From: Felis catus
Lineage: Eukaryota
Assembly: GCF_018350175.1 (NCBI RefSeq)
Contig: NC_058368.1
Location: forward strand, 192,884,001 to 192,948,000
DNA: 64,000 bases
Reading direction: 5' to 3'
The notes under the pieces were generated by a model. The model searched no databases. It was not told where the DNA came from and worked only from the letters and a program-made list of their open reading frames with translations. A program made the translations under genes and the position numbers. Below, in pieces: positions 48,306 to 59,904 of the stretch. Numbering within the stretch: the stretch's first letter is position 1; the number at the start of each line of letters is the position of its first letter.

Positions 48306-49828
48306 ATACCTGTTGGTTTTTCCCATATGGTGTCTCCAGCACTTAGAACAACACCTAGTTAGTTCTCCACAAATGCTTCCTGTATGATAAATGAATGTGC
48401 AAAATCCTTATTTTATAGACGAGGACACTGGAGAATTGGGCAGTTTTAAGTTAGATGTCAGCCATGCAGAGATGCCTGAGTGTCCTTTCTCTGTATTTGT
48501 GTGACATGAAGCAAAGCTTTAACCTAAGGCCCAATTTCCTTGATGAGAAAAAAGAATGAGCTGTTCTCTCGATTGTCGTATTGAGATCATGTGCATAAGG
48601 AGCCTAGCACATGGTCCATAGTATGTGATCATTTAATGGGAACTTCTGGTGCTGCTGGTGTCGTGAGTAGGTCCTGTCCCCACAGAAGACCTTCAGCAGG
48701 CCCAGCTATCACAAGGAAGGAGCAAGTCACTTGGATCCACAGCCTCAGGGCATTGAACAATGGGTCGGTAGGGGTGATGACTGGCCTGAAACCTAATAGA
48801 GGCAGATGAGGAGCCTGAGAATCAGGAAGAGAGAGAGACCAGGAAGCAGAGCAAGAGTGAGAGAACAGGCCCAGAAGCTCTCTCTGCCCTGGGTGCTACT
48901 GCACACCGTCTACCCAGCGTCTGCCACAAAGGTTGTCAAAGGGAGGCCCTCCACCCTGTCCCTGGCGCCCTCCAACATGCTTTCAACAGGCTCCATGGAG
49001 AACTTCGGCTAACTCTCAAGACCTAGTTACACTGCATTTACTTGAACTTTATCAGAATGCCAGCCAGCACCGTTCTTGATAAGCAGAGGCCAGTGAAGTC
49101 TTGCCTTGTGATCCCGTTGGTGACTCCTAGGTGACCTTGAAACATCTGGTAACCTCATAGGGCCATGCCTGAGCCTGCAGAGTCCTGTCAGAGCAGCTGT
49201 TTGGGCAAAAGAAAGCAGCAGCAGATGCCCACGCAGAGCTGCACCTTAAAGTGGTCTGCTTTGAGTGACTGATCTGAGCCGACCTAAAAGCCAAGACTGT
49301 GTGGGAGAGTGCAGATGTGGGCTGTGACTGAAGGCCAGTGTCATCCGAAGGTTAACCCCTCATGGTCAATGGCATCCTCTGTATCTTTGGAATGATTATG
49401 GATCGATAAAGCCATGATTACTCCCTGGCCTGGAGCGCGGCACTGCCTTTATTGGGTAGAGGAAATTGTCCATCAATAACAATAACAATTTACACTCAAC
49501 AAACAGTTACTAAACCGCACGTTGATTTCATTAAGGCTAGAGCACAGTTATCATCATAATAACAGTGTATGCTTCCCACTTTCCCTCGTAAGGGTGAAAG
49601 GTTTGAGAGTACCACCCTTGTCTGATGGGCTGACATTGAATCTTGAGCAACTAGCTTGTCACTAGGAGAACGAAAGGGAAAATATTTGGGGGCAAATGTT
49701 GGATTCAAAGGACTTAATGCCATTACACGGATTAATTAAATCATGTATTTGCCAAATATTTTCGAGCACCTACGATGTGTCATGTACTGCTCTAGGTGCC
49801 AAGAATGTAGTAGTCAAATAAAATAGGC

Positions 49829-50375
49829 TGTTTATTATTTATCTGTTGCCATGTAACAATATTATAACAAATGCAGCCCCTTAAAATAACGCATATTTGT
49901 TATCTCAGAGTTTCTGTGGATCAGAATTCCAGGCACAGCTTAGCTGGGTCTTCTACAAGGTTGCAATCAAAGTGTCAGCCTGGGCTAGTTTCTCATCTGA
50001 AGGTTTGGCTGGGAAAGATCCACTTCGAAGCTCGTGTAGTTGTTAGCAGGGCTCAGATGCTTGCAGAATAAGACTAAGAGCTTTAGTTCCTAGCTAGTTG
50101 TTGGCTAGAGGCCACCCTCAGTTCCTTGCCATACAGCCCTCTCCCAAATAGCCACTTGCTTTATCAAAGCCAGCATGAGAGGGAGTTTTCTCACACTACA
50201 GACATTGCAATTTTATGTAACTTGATTAGAACTGACATCCCATCACCTTTGCCATATTGTCTCGATTAGAAGCAAGTCATGGGTCTGGCCCACACTCAAG
50301 GGGGTGGGGTAGGGATCACACATGTGAATATAAGGAGATGAAGGTAATTGGGGGTGATTAGAGTCTGCGCACTAT
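49829..50375 (-). mobile_element. MaLR LTR (MLT1E/F/G-like)
   Basis: ttatctcagagtttctgtggatcagaattccaggcacagcttagctgggtc...gattagaagcaagtca...cccacactcaaggg. Confidence 0.8.
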
Positions 50376-50664
50376 TCTCAGTCTCTGTTGTGACTCAGTT
50401 TACAGGAAGAGTAGCCACAAAATAGAATTACTGTGCGGTGTGATTCAGGCTATGAAAGGGGAAGAACTCAGGTAATGCCTCCATCCCTGATGAAGGGATA
50501 TTTAAACTAGAACATGAAGTAAGAGAAGAAATTGTTCAGCTCAACTGTGGGGAAGGTGTGGTGGCGGGGACATGAGCATGTGTGATGCACAGAGGGTTCC
50601 AGGCAGAGAAATTCTAAACTCATAAAATGTTAGAGCAAAAGAAAAACTTAGTGATTATCTAGTC

Positions 50665-50834
50665 TACTGGTTCTCACTCCTGGATGCACACTGGAATCAC
50701 CTGAAGAGCTTTATAAAACACTCAGGTCCAGAGCTCATCCCAGAGGCTCTGATGAGTTGGTCTCAGGTAAGCCTAGACAATGGAATTTTTAAAAGCTCGC
50801 CAGATGATTTTAGTGTGCAAAGTTGAGACCGCTG
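50665..50834. mobile_element. MER5-like relic inside a MIR-like relic
   Basis: tggttctcactcctggatgcacactggaatcacctgaagagcttt...gttgagaccgctg. Confidence 0.75.
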
Positions 50835-52069
50835 TTATAGCCCAACCCCTTCAATCACATAGATCAGGAACTTGAAGCTCAGAGAGGAAATGGATTTGGT
50901 CAAGGTTACACAGCTACTAGTTGGCAAAGCCAGAGTGATGGGGGGAAAAGGCACTAAGCTGGGAGGTAGGAGACCTGGGTCCCTGCTGCTGACAGGTCTC
51001 TGTCCATTCCTCTTTCTGGGACTCAGTTTCCCCTTGGTGCGATGACATGGACCAGATGAGAGCCCCTTCAAATGTGAATGATGCTGATTCTATTTGGCTA
51101 AGCACCGACCTATATCAGCAGCTAATCTGGGACTGGCATCCAGCTTTCTCCACTCTGAGCTATGTCTTTGGAAGCCTGGAGTCTGTGATGTCAGGGACCA
51201 TGACCAAGGCCCTTTTCTGAGGGAGGGTGCCTGGTGGACTGGATGTTACCAAAGAAGCCCTTTTACTGGAGACAATTTTGTTTACTGAAGCATGTGAGAA
51301 GTTCACCCAGCAGGAAGCTGCTCTTGGCTGGGTTTAATCTATGGTGTGCTTATTAGGATTAAGGTATTAATTAAAATGGGCCTTTCAAAGACTACCTGTT
51401 GAGGGAGTCTTGCTTAAAGAAAAGCACATCACACTAGCATAGGTAACTCTCCTATGAGATCATGCAGGTGTCTGTGGAATTAATGTAGAAGCACCCAGTC
51501 TCTCCTCTTCTGGTACATTAGCTCGCTATCTGCTGGTGTTGGTGGACACATGCATGTTGAATTATTGGTTGTAGGGGTCAATACAGTGCTGGTATGGCCA
51601 TCTGGGGACCAGAACTCCCCTCCAACTCTGGAAGAGTGTGCTAACCCTTTGGGGATCAGTGTCCTCATGTGTAAAACAAGCTACTTGATTATCTATCTTT
51701 TCAGAAAATATTTGCTGAACCCTTATTTTGAGTTAGAACTGCTAGTGTTTCTCCTTCAGGAATTCACAAGGTGAGGGGAGCAGAGGCAAGAAAATCAATA
51801 TAGGATAAGGCCCTTAGCTTGGTGCCTGGCTTATAGGAAGCTCTTGTGATAATTCTTGTGTCCAGGGGCTGTGGGAGCCCAGAGGACGGTTCTTGAAATC
51901 ACACAGTGGGAGAAGAAACCATGCTTCCAAGAAATATAATCATTAATTGATTCTCCAGGTATTTATTGAGCACTGACAATATGCCAGGCATTGTCCTAGG
52001 TGATGAGGATAAAACAGGGAACAAGGCAGGCAGTAACCTTGTTTAGACAGGGCTTACCTTTTCACGGAG

Positions 52070-52350
52070 ATAATAATAATAATAACAACAATAATAATAA
52101 CAATGGCTTCTACTTAAAGGGCACTTACCATATGCTCGGTACTTTATTTGCATGTCTTATTTCATTTAATCCTCACCAACAACCTTATCATGTAGGTACT
52201 ATTATTTTCCCCTTTTACAGATGAGGAACCTGAAACTCACAGAGGGTTGAGAATCTTTCCCAATGCTGCCCAGCTGGAAAGTGGCAGAACTGGGGTTCCT
52301 ACCCTGGGCTGGACCACTTAGAGCCTGAACACTTCCTCACTATACCATTT
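52070..52350 (-). mobile_element. MIR preceded by an (AAT/AAC)n repeat
   Basis: ttcatttaatcctcaccaac...ttttacagatgaggaacctga...aagtggcagaactggg. Confidence 0.85.
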
Positions 52351-52408
52351 TGCTTTAGGATCGAGGTTATATACAACTGGTGGAGGGGTTAACCCACTGT
52401 GAAAATAA

Positions 52409-52493
<85 letters not shown>
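52409..52493. repeat. (TG)n-(CG)n-CA-CG-(TG)n alternating purine/pyrimidine tract
   Basis: Direct reading: 85 bp of unbroken alternation. Confidence 0.95.
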
Positions 52494-52496
<3 letters not shown>

Positions 52497-54995
52497 GGGG
52501 CGCTGGAGAGGCAGGAAGAGATTGAGAGAGAGGGGGTTAGAGAGGCAGGGAGAGAGGGAGAGAGAGGCAGAAAGTCCACTGAGGGGTAGCAGGTCTGTTC
52601 TTGACCACCTCCCCCTCCCTGCAGCTGCAGAAAGATCTCACATCACATGGCACTTGTTGGTGATGTGAAGAACAGTCTCCTGAAACATTTGAAGGGAAAG
52701 CCACTGTCTTCTCTTATTTGAGGGCCCACAAAAATTAGTGATAGCTTATTCAATGAAATAAAAAAAAACCAGGCAGGGATTAATAGGCTTCCTTTTGAAG
52801 TCTTTTCTCTCAAAATAATTATCCCTCTGGGCCCAGCGGTCTCTGGTGTGATGCATGTGTTATTGGCCAGGATCACCGTCCCCACTTGTATTTGAGGAGG
52901 AAATGAGAAGAATCAGCCTTCAGAGGTTTCCTCTACAGGGATCCTCCCAGCCCTGGGGAAGAAGCTGGTGTTCCATCAGTAGGCTGGATGAAAAATCTAG
53001 CCCCTGGGTCTCAAACACTGGTACCCAGAGTGAAGAGACTCAGCACAGGTGGAATTAGCATCTGGACAGCCTGAGGCGGGACTCATCTGAGAGCCTGAGG
53101 TAGGTAGGACCCAATCTTCAGGTGTGAGTCTGGTTATGCCAGCCTTGAGAACCAATCCTCACAGTAAGCATGGGAGGAGGTGTTATTAGCCATACAGTAC
53201 CCATGAAGAACAGAGATGTTGAGCTCTAGAAGTCACACAGCTAAAGAATTCTGGAACTAAGATTCAAATTCAGGTAGCTGTTACGCCCAGGTAAAGAAAT
53301 AAAACCTTTCTTTGAGGTCAGACAGGTTAAACTTGTTCCAGGTCACATAGCTCCAGAGACCATACACTTTCTATGGTGCAAGACCCATGGAAAGTTCTGG
53401 AAGATCTGTGGGACTGCTGATTGAGAAGGAAGGAAAGGGCATGAAGCTCAAGAAACCCCAAGTGGCCTGGTAGCCTTCCTCAGCCCTCGGTAACCTTGTC
53501 TAGGAAAGAGGCAAACCCAGTTGGGTGTGGCCTGGAGAAAACCAAACGTGGTGGGCGTCCTCAGAATCACAGTTCATGAGTGACAGAACTGGAAGCAAGG
53601 CCCACCTTCTCCCCCAGTCCAGCTTCAGGGATCTTTCCCATGGTTTCAGGCTGCCATGTCCCAATAGGGGGCGAGAGTTTATCAGGAATATCAGGGGCCA
53701 CTCAGCGAGACATCAGGGCTGATGATCATTGAATTTTTCTCCCAAGCTTAATAACTTAATTCACTCACTAAGCATTTATTATTCATCAGACACCCTGCCA
53801 ACCTTTTTTTGCGACATTACTCATTCGGTTTACAAACGAGCACCAGATGCAGGATGTACAGCAGAAAACAAGACAGACCAGGCCCTTACCACACAACCAT
53901 CCCCGTGGGTGGTTATGATTTTTTGCATTTTATAGATGAGGAAACTGAGGCCCAGACGAATTAAGGAACTCACCAGAGTCACAGTGCTAGTACACCCTCG
54001 AGCTGTTCATGTGACCCCAACTCTGTTCCGTCTCTACCGCATCAGCGTCTCGCCTCTCCACGCAGCCTCCTGAATTTATTCAGAGAGTGATTTCGTTTGG
54101 CTCTTTATTCCCCAAGCCAGACTCCCTCGTGGACTCTGCCTCTGTTCCCATCATCAGCCAAATGTCACCTCCCTGCCACCGCTGCAGCCTAAAGGCAAAT
54201 TTTCCATATATTTTTTTCCTCCTGCCAGAATATCTCTGCATTTCACTCCAGCCGCGGTGAAAAAGGCCTTTTCACTGTTGTCATTAGCACCCGTCTACCT
54301 CTTTCTCCTGGCCAAGCCCCCTTCCCTTCCCTTTCCCAAACTCAGAATGTTTGGTCAGCCTCCAAGACTCATGTCAGCTGTCCCTCCTCCGAAAAGCTTC
54401 CTCCCCTGATACCCCGAGGCAGAAACTGTCCTCAATGCCCCCCAACACCCACCCCCTTCTGAGCATTTTCATGGGCGTCTTGGCAAATTCATGCACATGT
54501 CGGTCTCTCTCACTGGCCTGTGAATTCTCTAGGGTCAGGACTACCCATATGGTTCCAGGAACCATTGCTAACCATTACTAAGTGCTCGGTAAATGTTTGT
54601 GAAATGAATGCCCGAGGACAGCATGGCCTCTGTCTCCTCCGGTCTACATCCCAGCTACAGACTCCCTTCAGCCCAGCTCTGTCCTCATTCTTTATCCCAG
54701 CTGCTGACTGTGGGCTTAGACCTTAGATGCTTCATTAACTAATAATAATGAGTCACTGTACTAGCCTCAGGAGCATTGTAAATGATACAGTGTCAGGAGA
54801 AGGCAGTGGGATGTGGAATTTCAATGAGGCTGGCATGGTTCTTGAAACAGAGAAAATGCCACGTGCAATCTTTTCCTCTGTTACAGCTCCCATATGCCAG
54901 GCCTCACACACTAACTTAGAATCATTCCATTATTCCATTCCAGTTCTAATTCTAGGCTGACTGTAAGCATTGCAAATTAGTGCCATGTGGCAGGT

Positions 54996-55497
54996 GTGGC
55001 AGGCGGAATAATGGGCCGCCGAAAGATAGCCATGTCCTAATCCCCACAGCCTGTGACTGTGTTACCTTATACGGCGCACGGGACTTTGCAGATGCCATTA
55101 AGCTAAGGATCTTGAAATGGAGTGATTACCCTGGATTATCTCGGTGGTAGGGCCTTAATGTAATCACAAGGGTTTTTAGAAGAGGCAGAGGGAGCTTTAA
55201 CTACAGACGAGAAGGTGATGCGATGATCGAAAAAAAGACTGGAATGGTATGATTTGAAGAGGAGGGAAGGGGCCACAAGCCAAGAAACATAGGCGGGCCA
55301 CCAGCAGCTACAAAGGGCCGGGAAGAATTTCTGTCCTCAAAGCCTCCAGAAGGAACCGGCCCTTCCAATTCCTTGATGTTGGTCCAGTGAAAATGGTTTC
55401 AGACTTCTGACCTCCACAGCTGTGAGAGAATAAATTTGTGTTGTTTTAAGCCACAAAGTGTAGGTAATTTGTGACAGCAGCAAGAGGAAGCTGCTAC
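54996..55497 (+). mobile_element. MaLR LTR (MLT1C/D-like)
   Basis: tgtggcaggcggaataatgg...gactttgcagatg...agaataaatttgtgttgttttaagccac...ggtaatttgtgacagcagcaa. Confidence 0.88.
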
Positions 55498-57089
55498 CTG
55501 AGGCTACTTCCTGTTTCTGGAAAACCTGGTAGAATGTTGTACTCTTTTCTGGAGCTAGCCTCAGAATCATTCTTAACACAATGCATCTGACAACCACTAG
55601 CAACTGATCAGAGTTGGAAAGGGGAGAGGGAACCCATTTGTTATTTTGTATTCGAACTGGTCCAGAGCCCTCCTTCAAAGTGGAGGAAAATGGAAGCCCA
55701 GAGAGATGAAATCCTCTCCGGGGACATGCAGGACAGTCTTCTGCATGCCAAGACTTGTTGCCCTATGTCAGCCCCTTAAAAGCCCAGCTTAGTAGCAGAA
55801 GTATCAATGGTGATACACATTCCGGCTTGGACTGAGCGTTCTTGCAGGAACAGAGTTTCCCCCTGCAGCCAGGGCTGAGCAAAAACAGTCCTGGTGGGGC
55901 CTTTCTCAGGCTCCTTCACCCACGGCCCCTTCCTGGAAGGCCAGGCCCTGCAGCACAAACTGCAGAAACCCCTAGAACCTCAGGACAGGCTTTGCCAGGG
56001 ACTGGTCTTTCAGGCCAGATCTATTCATCAAAGCTCTCTACAGAGATTCTAGCCACCCTGCTAACGACTTACCTGGGGAATCTCTGCTTTGCTTAAATCT
56101 GTCCTTAGGAAACCTGAGCCTGTGAAATGAGAGTCATTAGGTGAGATAACTGTCACCTGAGAGCTACAGCTACTGGGACATTAGCCTCCCCGGCAGGTGG
56201 ATAAGGTTGCAACCTCATAAGCAATGATCACTTCTCTATCTGGGTTTATTAGCCAAATGTTCCTTAGGGGCTCAGCTGCAGCAGTACAGGCCCTCTCCTG
56301 CTCAAAGACCCTCCGAGGCTCCCCACGTCTTTCTAAACAAAGTTTTGCTCACGTGGACATTCCCAGCTCTCCTTGATTGGCCTGCACCCTTTCTTTCCAG
56401 CCTCATCTCTCACTATTCTTCCTCTAATGCTGCAGCCAAATTCACTGTTCTCTATGGAGAACACTGGGGAAATGGCCTGCCCATCAGTGGCAGGGCTGAG
56501 ACCAGAGCAGCAGTGCCCAAGTCCTCCCCATGCTTTTTATCCTACTTCCCAAACACAATGGGGCAGGAGATGTAACATTAATGACGTACCAAATCCTCAA
56601 CTCAAGGCATAGTCTTGATTTTTAGGATTGTAAAATCCCATGTAAATAGGTCTCATAGTTTGGCTTGGTAAGTACCATGGCCTAAATGCAGAGAAAAGAT
56701 TTTCATGTTGAATTCAGGATCCTGGGTTTTGTTCCTGTCCCTGCTCTAAACAGACTGTGTGACCCTGCACAGTCCCCTGTACCCCACCCCAGCTCACCTT
56801 AGGCTGGACTCCATGATCTTCAAGTCTCTTCCAGGAAGACATTTCTATTTCCCCCACCAACAGCCTGGAAAAACTATGTGAGTTAGCAAGGAAGACTCTT
56901 CCCAGGGCTGGTGGAAACTGGCCTGGCCCCAGTAAGGAAGGGCCAAATCCAGGAGTTTGGCTCAGCAGTAGGAAGGAATACTACCAGGGTTGTAGACCGG
57001 ACTGGGAAGAGAAAGTGGAACTGTAGGTCCTGACAGAATGTTAGCTAGCTAAGAGAGCAGGCCATTCTCTCATCAAGTGTCAGGGAGTC

Positions 57090-57640
57090 CTACTCTGGAT
57101 GAGACACCGAGGGAGGTGTGGGGGAAATGGAAAACGTTCTCGGTCTTAAATAAGATCTTAGAGTCAGCATGGGGGAGAAAGAGAGACAGGCAGTTAACAG
57201 ACAATAACGATACAGAATGATGGGGGGTGGATGCACAGAGCCACGGGAACAGAAAGAAGGCCGCTGTCATGGTGCAGGAAGGTTCAGAGGAGGGTACCCC
57301 TAACCTGAGAGATCTAGTCATTTGCTAGCAAAGAAGACAGAAAAGTTCCAAGCAAAGGTTCAGTCTGGGCAGAATGTGCCCCAGTCTTAGAGGTCAGCGA
57401 ACAGCTAGAGTGATAGAGAGGAGACTGCAGTGAGGACTGGAACAGAGGCAGCTGCTTTGTGGCTGGTGGGAGGGATGGAGCAGGGGAAATGGGCATCCAA
57501 GTCTGGCTCATAAGGCTTCCGTGTCTGGATGCGAGTATGGGCTGCACGCCACAGCCCGAGTGGAGCATCTGAGGCCAGGATGCTCAAGGGACAAGATCGG
57601 GGCTACAGTTGCTGAGGTGCTAAGGGCTGAGTGAGGGAGA
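57090..57640 (-). mobile_element. L2 relic
   Basis: acagaaaagttccaagcaaagg...gtgaggactggaacagag...gatgctcaagggacaagat. Confidence 0.45.
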
Positions 57641-58112
57641 CAAAGCCAGCAACAGAGGAAAGAGAGAAGTGACTGTGCGTTGGGGGAAGGAAGGGAATAA
57701 ACCCTCATTGAAAACTTGATATGAAGGTGGGGGCTCAGCCTCAGTGTTTTCACCTGAAAAAAAAAATGGAGCTAGCAGGATTATGGTGAGGATTAAACAA
57801 GATAGTGCATGTAAGTGTTCAGCATGCAACCTGATACCCGGTGAGTGGTTAGTAATAATGGTAACTATGATTTATTATTACCTGCTCTTACATTCCATAG
57901 CTGTGTAATTGAGTGCCTCTTATGTGCCAGGCGCTGTTTTAGGGGCTGGGATACATTCATGAACAAAACAGACAGAAACCATGGTTCTTGTGGGTCACAT
58001 TTTAGTGCTCACCCCTTTGTATTCAGAGCCTGTGAGGAAGGTCTGCTTCCCCATGTTTGGTAGACGAGGACTGGACACCGAGAAGTTAAGCAACTTGTCA
58101 AAGGCCACGAAG

Positions 58113-58126
58113 CCACCAGGTGGCAG
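58113..58126 (+). promoter_or_regulatory. Candidate CTCF site within a MIR
   Basis: CCACCAGGTGGCAG exact core match, within a MIR core (gttaagcaacttgtcaaaggccac...gtggcagaggcaggatttgaaccca). Confidence 0.45.
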
Positions 58127-58545
58127 AGGCAGGATTTGAACCCAAGTCTGTGAGACAGCATGCCCAAGGCTCCTCCACCGCCCCACCTTACTTCTCTATA
58201 AAAAGCAACACAGAATTAACAATTGCTTGTATGGCATCAACTGTACTTTCAACATGGAGTTTCTGTGACGGTCCAGATTTTAAGCCCTCTTTCTCATCAT
58301 TCCTGTGAATCATGAATACCTAGCAGACCACGTCTGGCTTGGGGCTTGTGAAGATGTGATTGTTTTACTCATTGAACCTGTACGAGCTTCAGGGGGAAGA
58401 GAGGCCATCGTAGCCAGAGTAGTGGGGAAGGTTTCCCGGAGGAGGCTGGACCCGGAGGGGCAACACCTAACATGTCATGTACTGCGCTAAGCAGTGGGAA
58501 TCGCAGCAAAAAAGATGTGCTAGGTTCCTGCCCTCATAGAGCTTA

Positions 58546-58547
<2 letters not shown>

Positions 58548-58585
<38 letters not shown>
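58548..58585. repeat. (GT)n microsatellite
   Basis: Direct reading. Confidence 0.95.
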
Positions 58586-58586
<1 letters not shown>

Positions 58587-59685
58587 GGGGAGGCTAAGGT
58601 CAAGGAGGGGGATGGAAGGCACTGGGAGACAGCACATGCAGATAAGAACATTCATCCCACTGGAGACTCCTTTCCCTGAATTTTGCTCCCCCAGCTTTGT
58701 TTCTTGATTTGTGTCCCCCACACCCCTTCCTGCACATTTTACCAACTAGAGGGAAAGGCACGGACTTCTGGAAGCTGCCCAAGAGGTCCCGGATGCCAGA
58801 GCTGTGCTGAGAGGGAGGTGCCGTGGCTCACCCTTGCAGGCTGCTGTTCCCTTTTGGTGTGGCTCTTTTATCTACAAGCTCAGTGCAGACAGTCGATGCT
58901 AATCCAATCTTCAGGGACCAAACGAAACAGCCAGCATTTAAAGGGCTCGAGCTCTCTTTCTGATTACCAAGCGACCTACATAATCGCTCTCGCTCCAGCC
59001 TGCCTGGGAGGGCCCTGCCACTGACAGAGCCAAAGCAGGCACTTTCTCTGCTGGGAACTGGCTATGATTTCTTTTGAAGTTGCCAAGCACAGAGGAGGCT
59101 GGGGTAGCAGGAGCCTGGCCAAGGATCCCAGAGGCCTGGTTCCCGCCCCAGATTCTCAATTAACTACCCATGAGGCCCTGGGAAGGTCTATTCCCACCAC
59201 CACTACCACCTGGGCCTCGTTTCCACATTTGTAATGTGAGGGGGTTAAACCAGATCATCTCGGAGGTCCCTCCTCACTCCAAGATTCTAGGTCATTCATG
59301 ACCCCAAGTCACACTTACTACTCCAGTCTCTGGGACCTCTCTGGAGCCCACACGATGGGTATGAAGCATAGCAGGATGGTTACTAGCATACGGATTGTGT
59401 GTGTGTGCAGATATACACTGATTTGGACATTTCCAAGTCATGTTAAGTAAAAAAAAATTAAGTTGCAGAACGGTTTCTAGGAGGCGATACCACACACACA
59501 TATCACATACATGCTTGTTCAAGCACACATATGCATAGAACATTTGAATATCTCTAGAAGGACACACAAGCACCCTACGATCTTGGAGAAAGATTTAGGA
59601 AGGAGATTTAAATTTCACCATACCTTTTTGTACTTCTTGATTTTGTTAACAATGCGCACTGTCACTTTGAAAATTAATAATTGTT

Positions 59686-59904
59686 GGGGCCCTGGGTGGC
59701 TCAGTCGGTTGAGTGACCGACTTCGGCTCAGGTCATGATCTCACGGTTTGTGAGTTCGAGCCCCGTGTTGGGCTCTGTGCTGACAGCTCAGAGCCTGGAG
59801 CCTGCTTCTGGTTCTGTGTCTCCCTCTCTCTCTGTCCTTCCCCTGCTCATGCTCTGTCTCTGTCTCAGAAATAAATAAATATAAAAAAAAATTAAAAAAA
59901 AAAA
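59686..59904 (+). mobile_element. Can-SINE (SINEC_Fc-like)
   Basis: Full SINE with perfect 17-bp TSD gaaaattaataattgtt at 59669-59685 and 59905-59921. Confidence 0.95.

Noticed and set aside
34235..53674. Weaker CTCF-like strings (CCAATAGGGGGCCC at 34235, CCAATAGGGGGCGA at 53661)
   Set aside because: Two mismatches each to the core; not distinguishable from chance by eye
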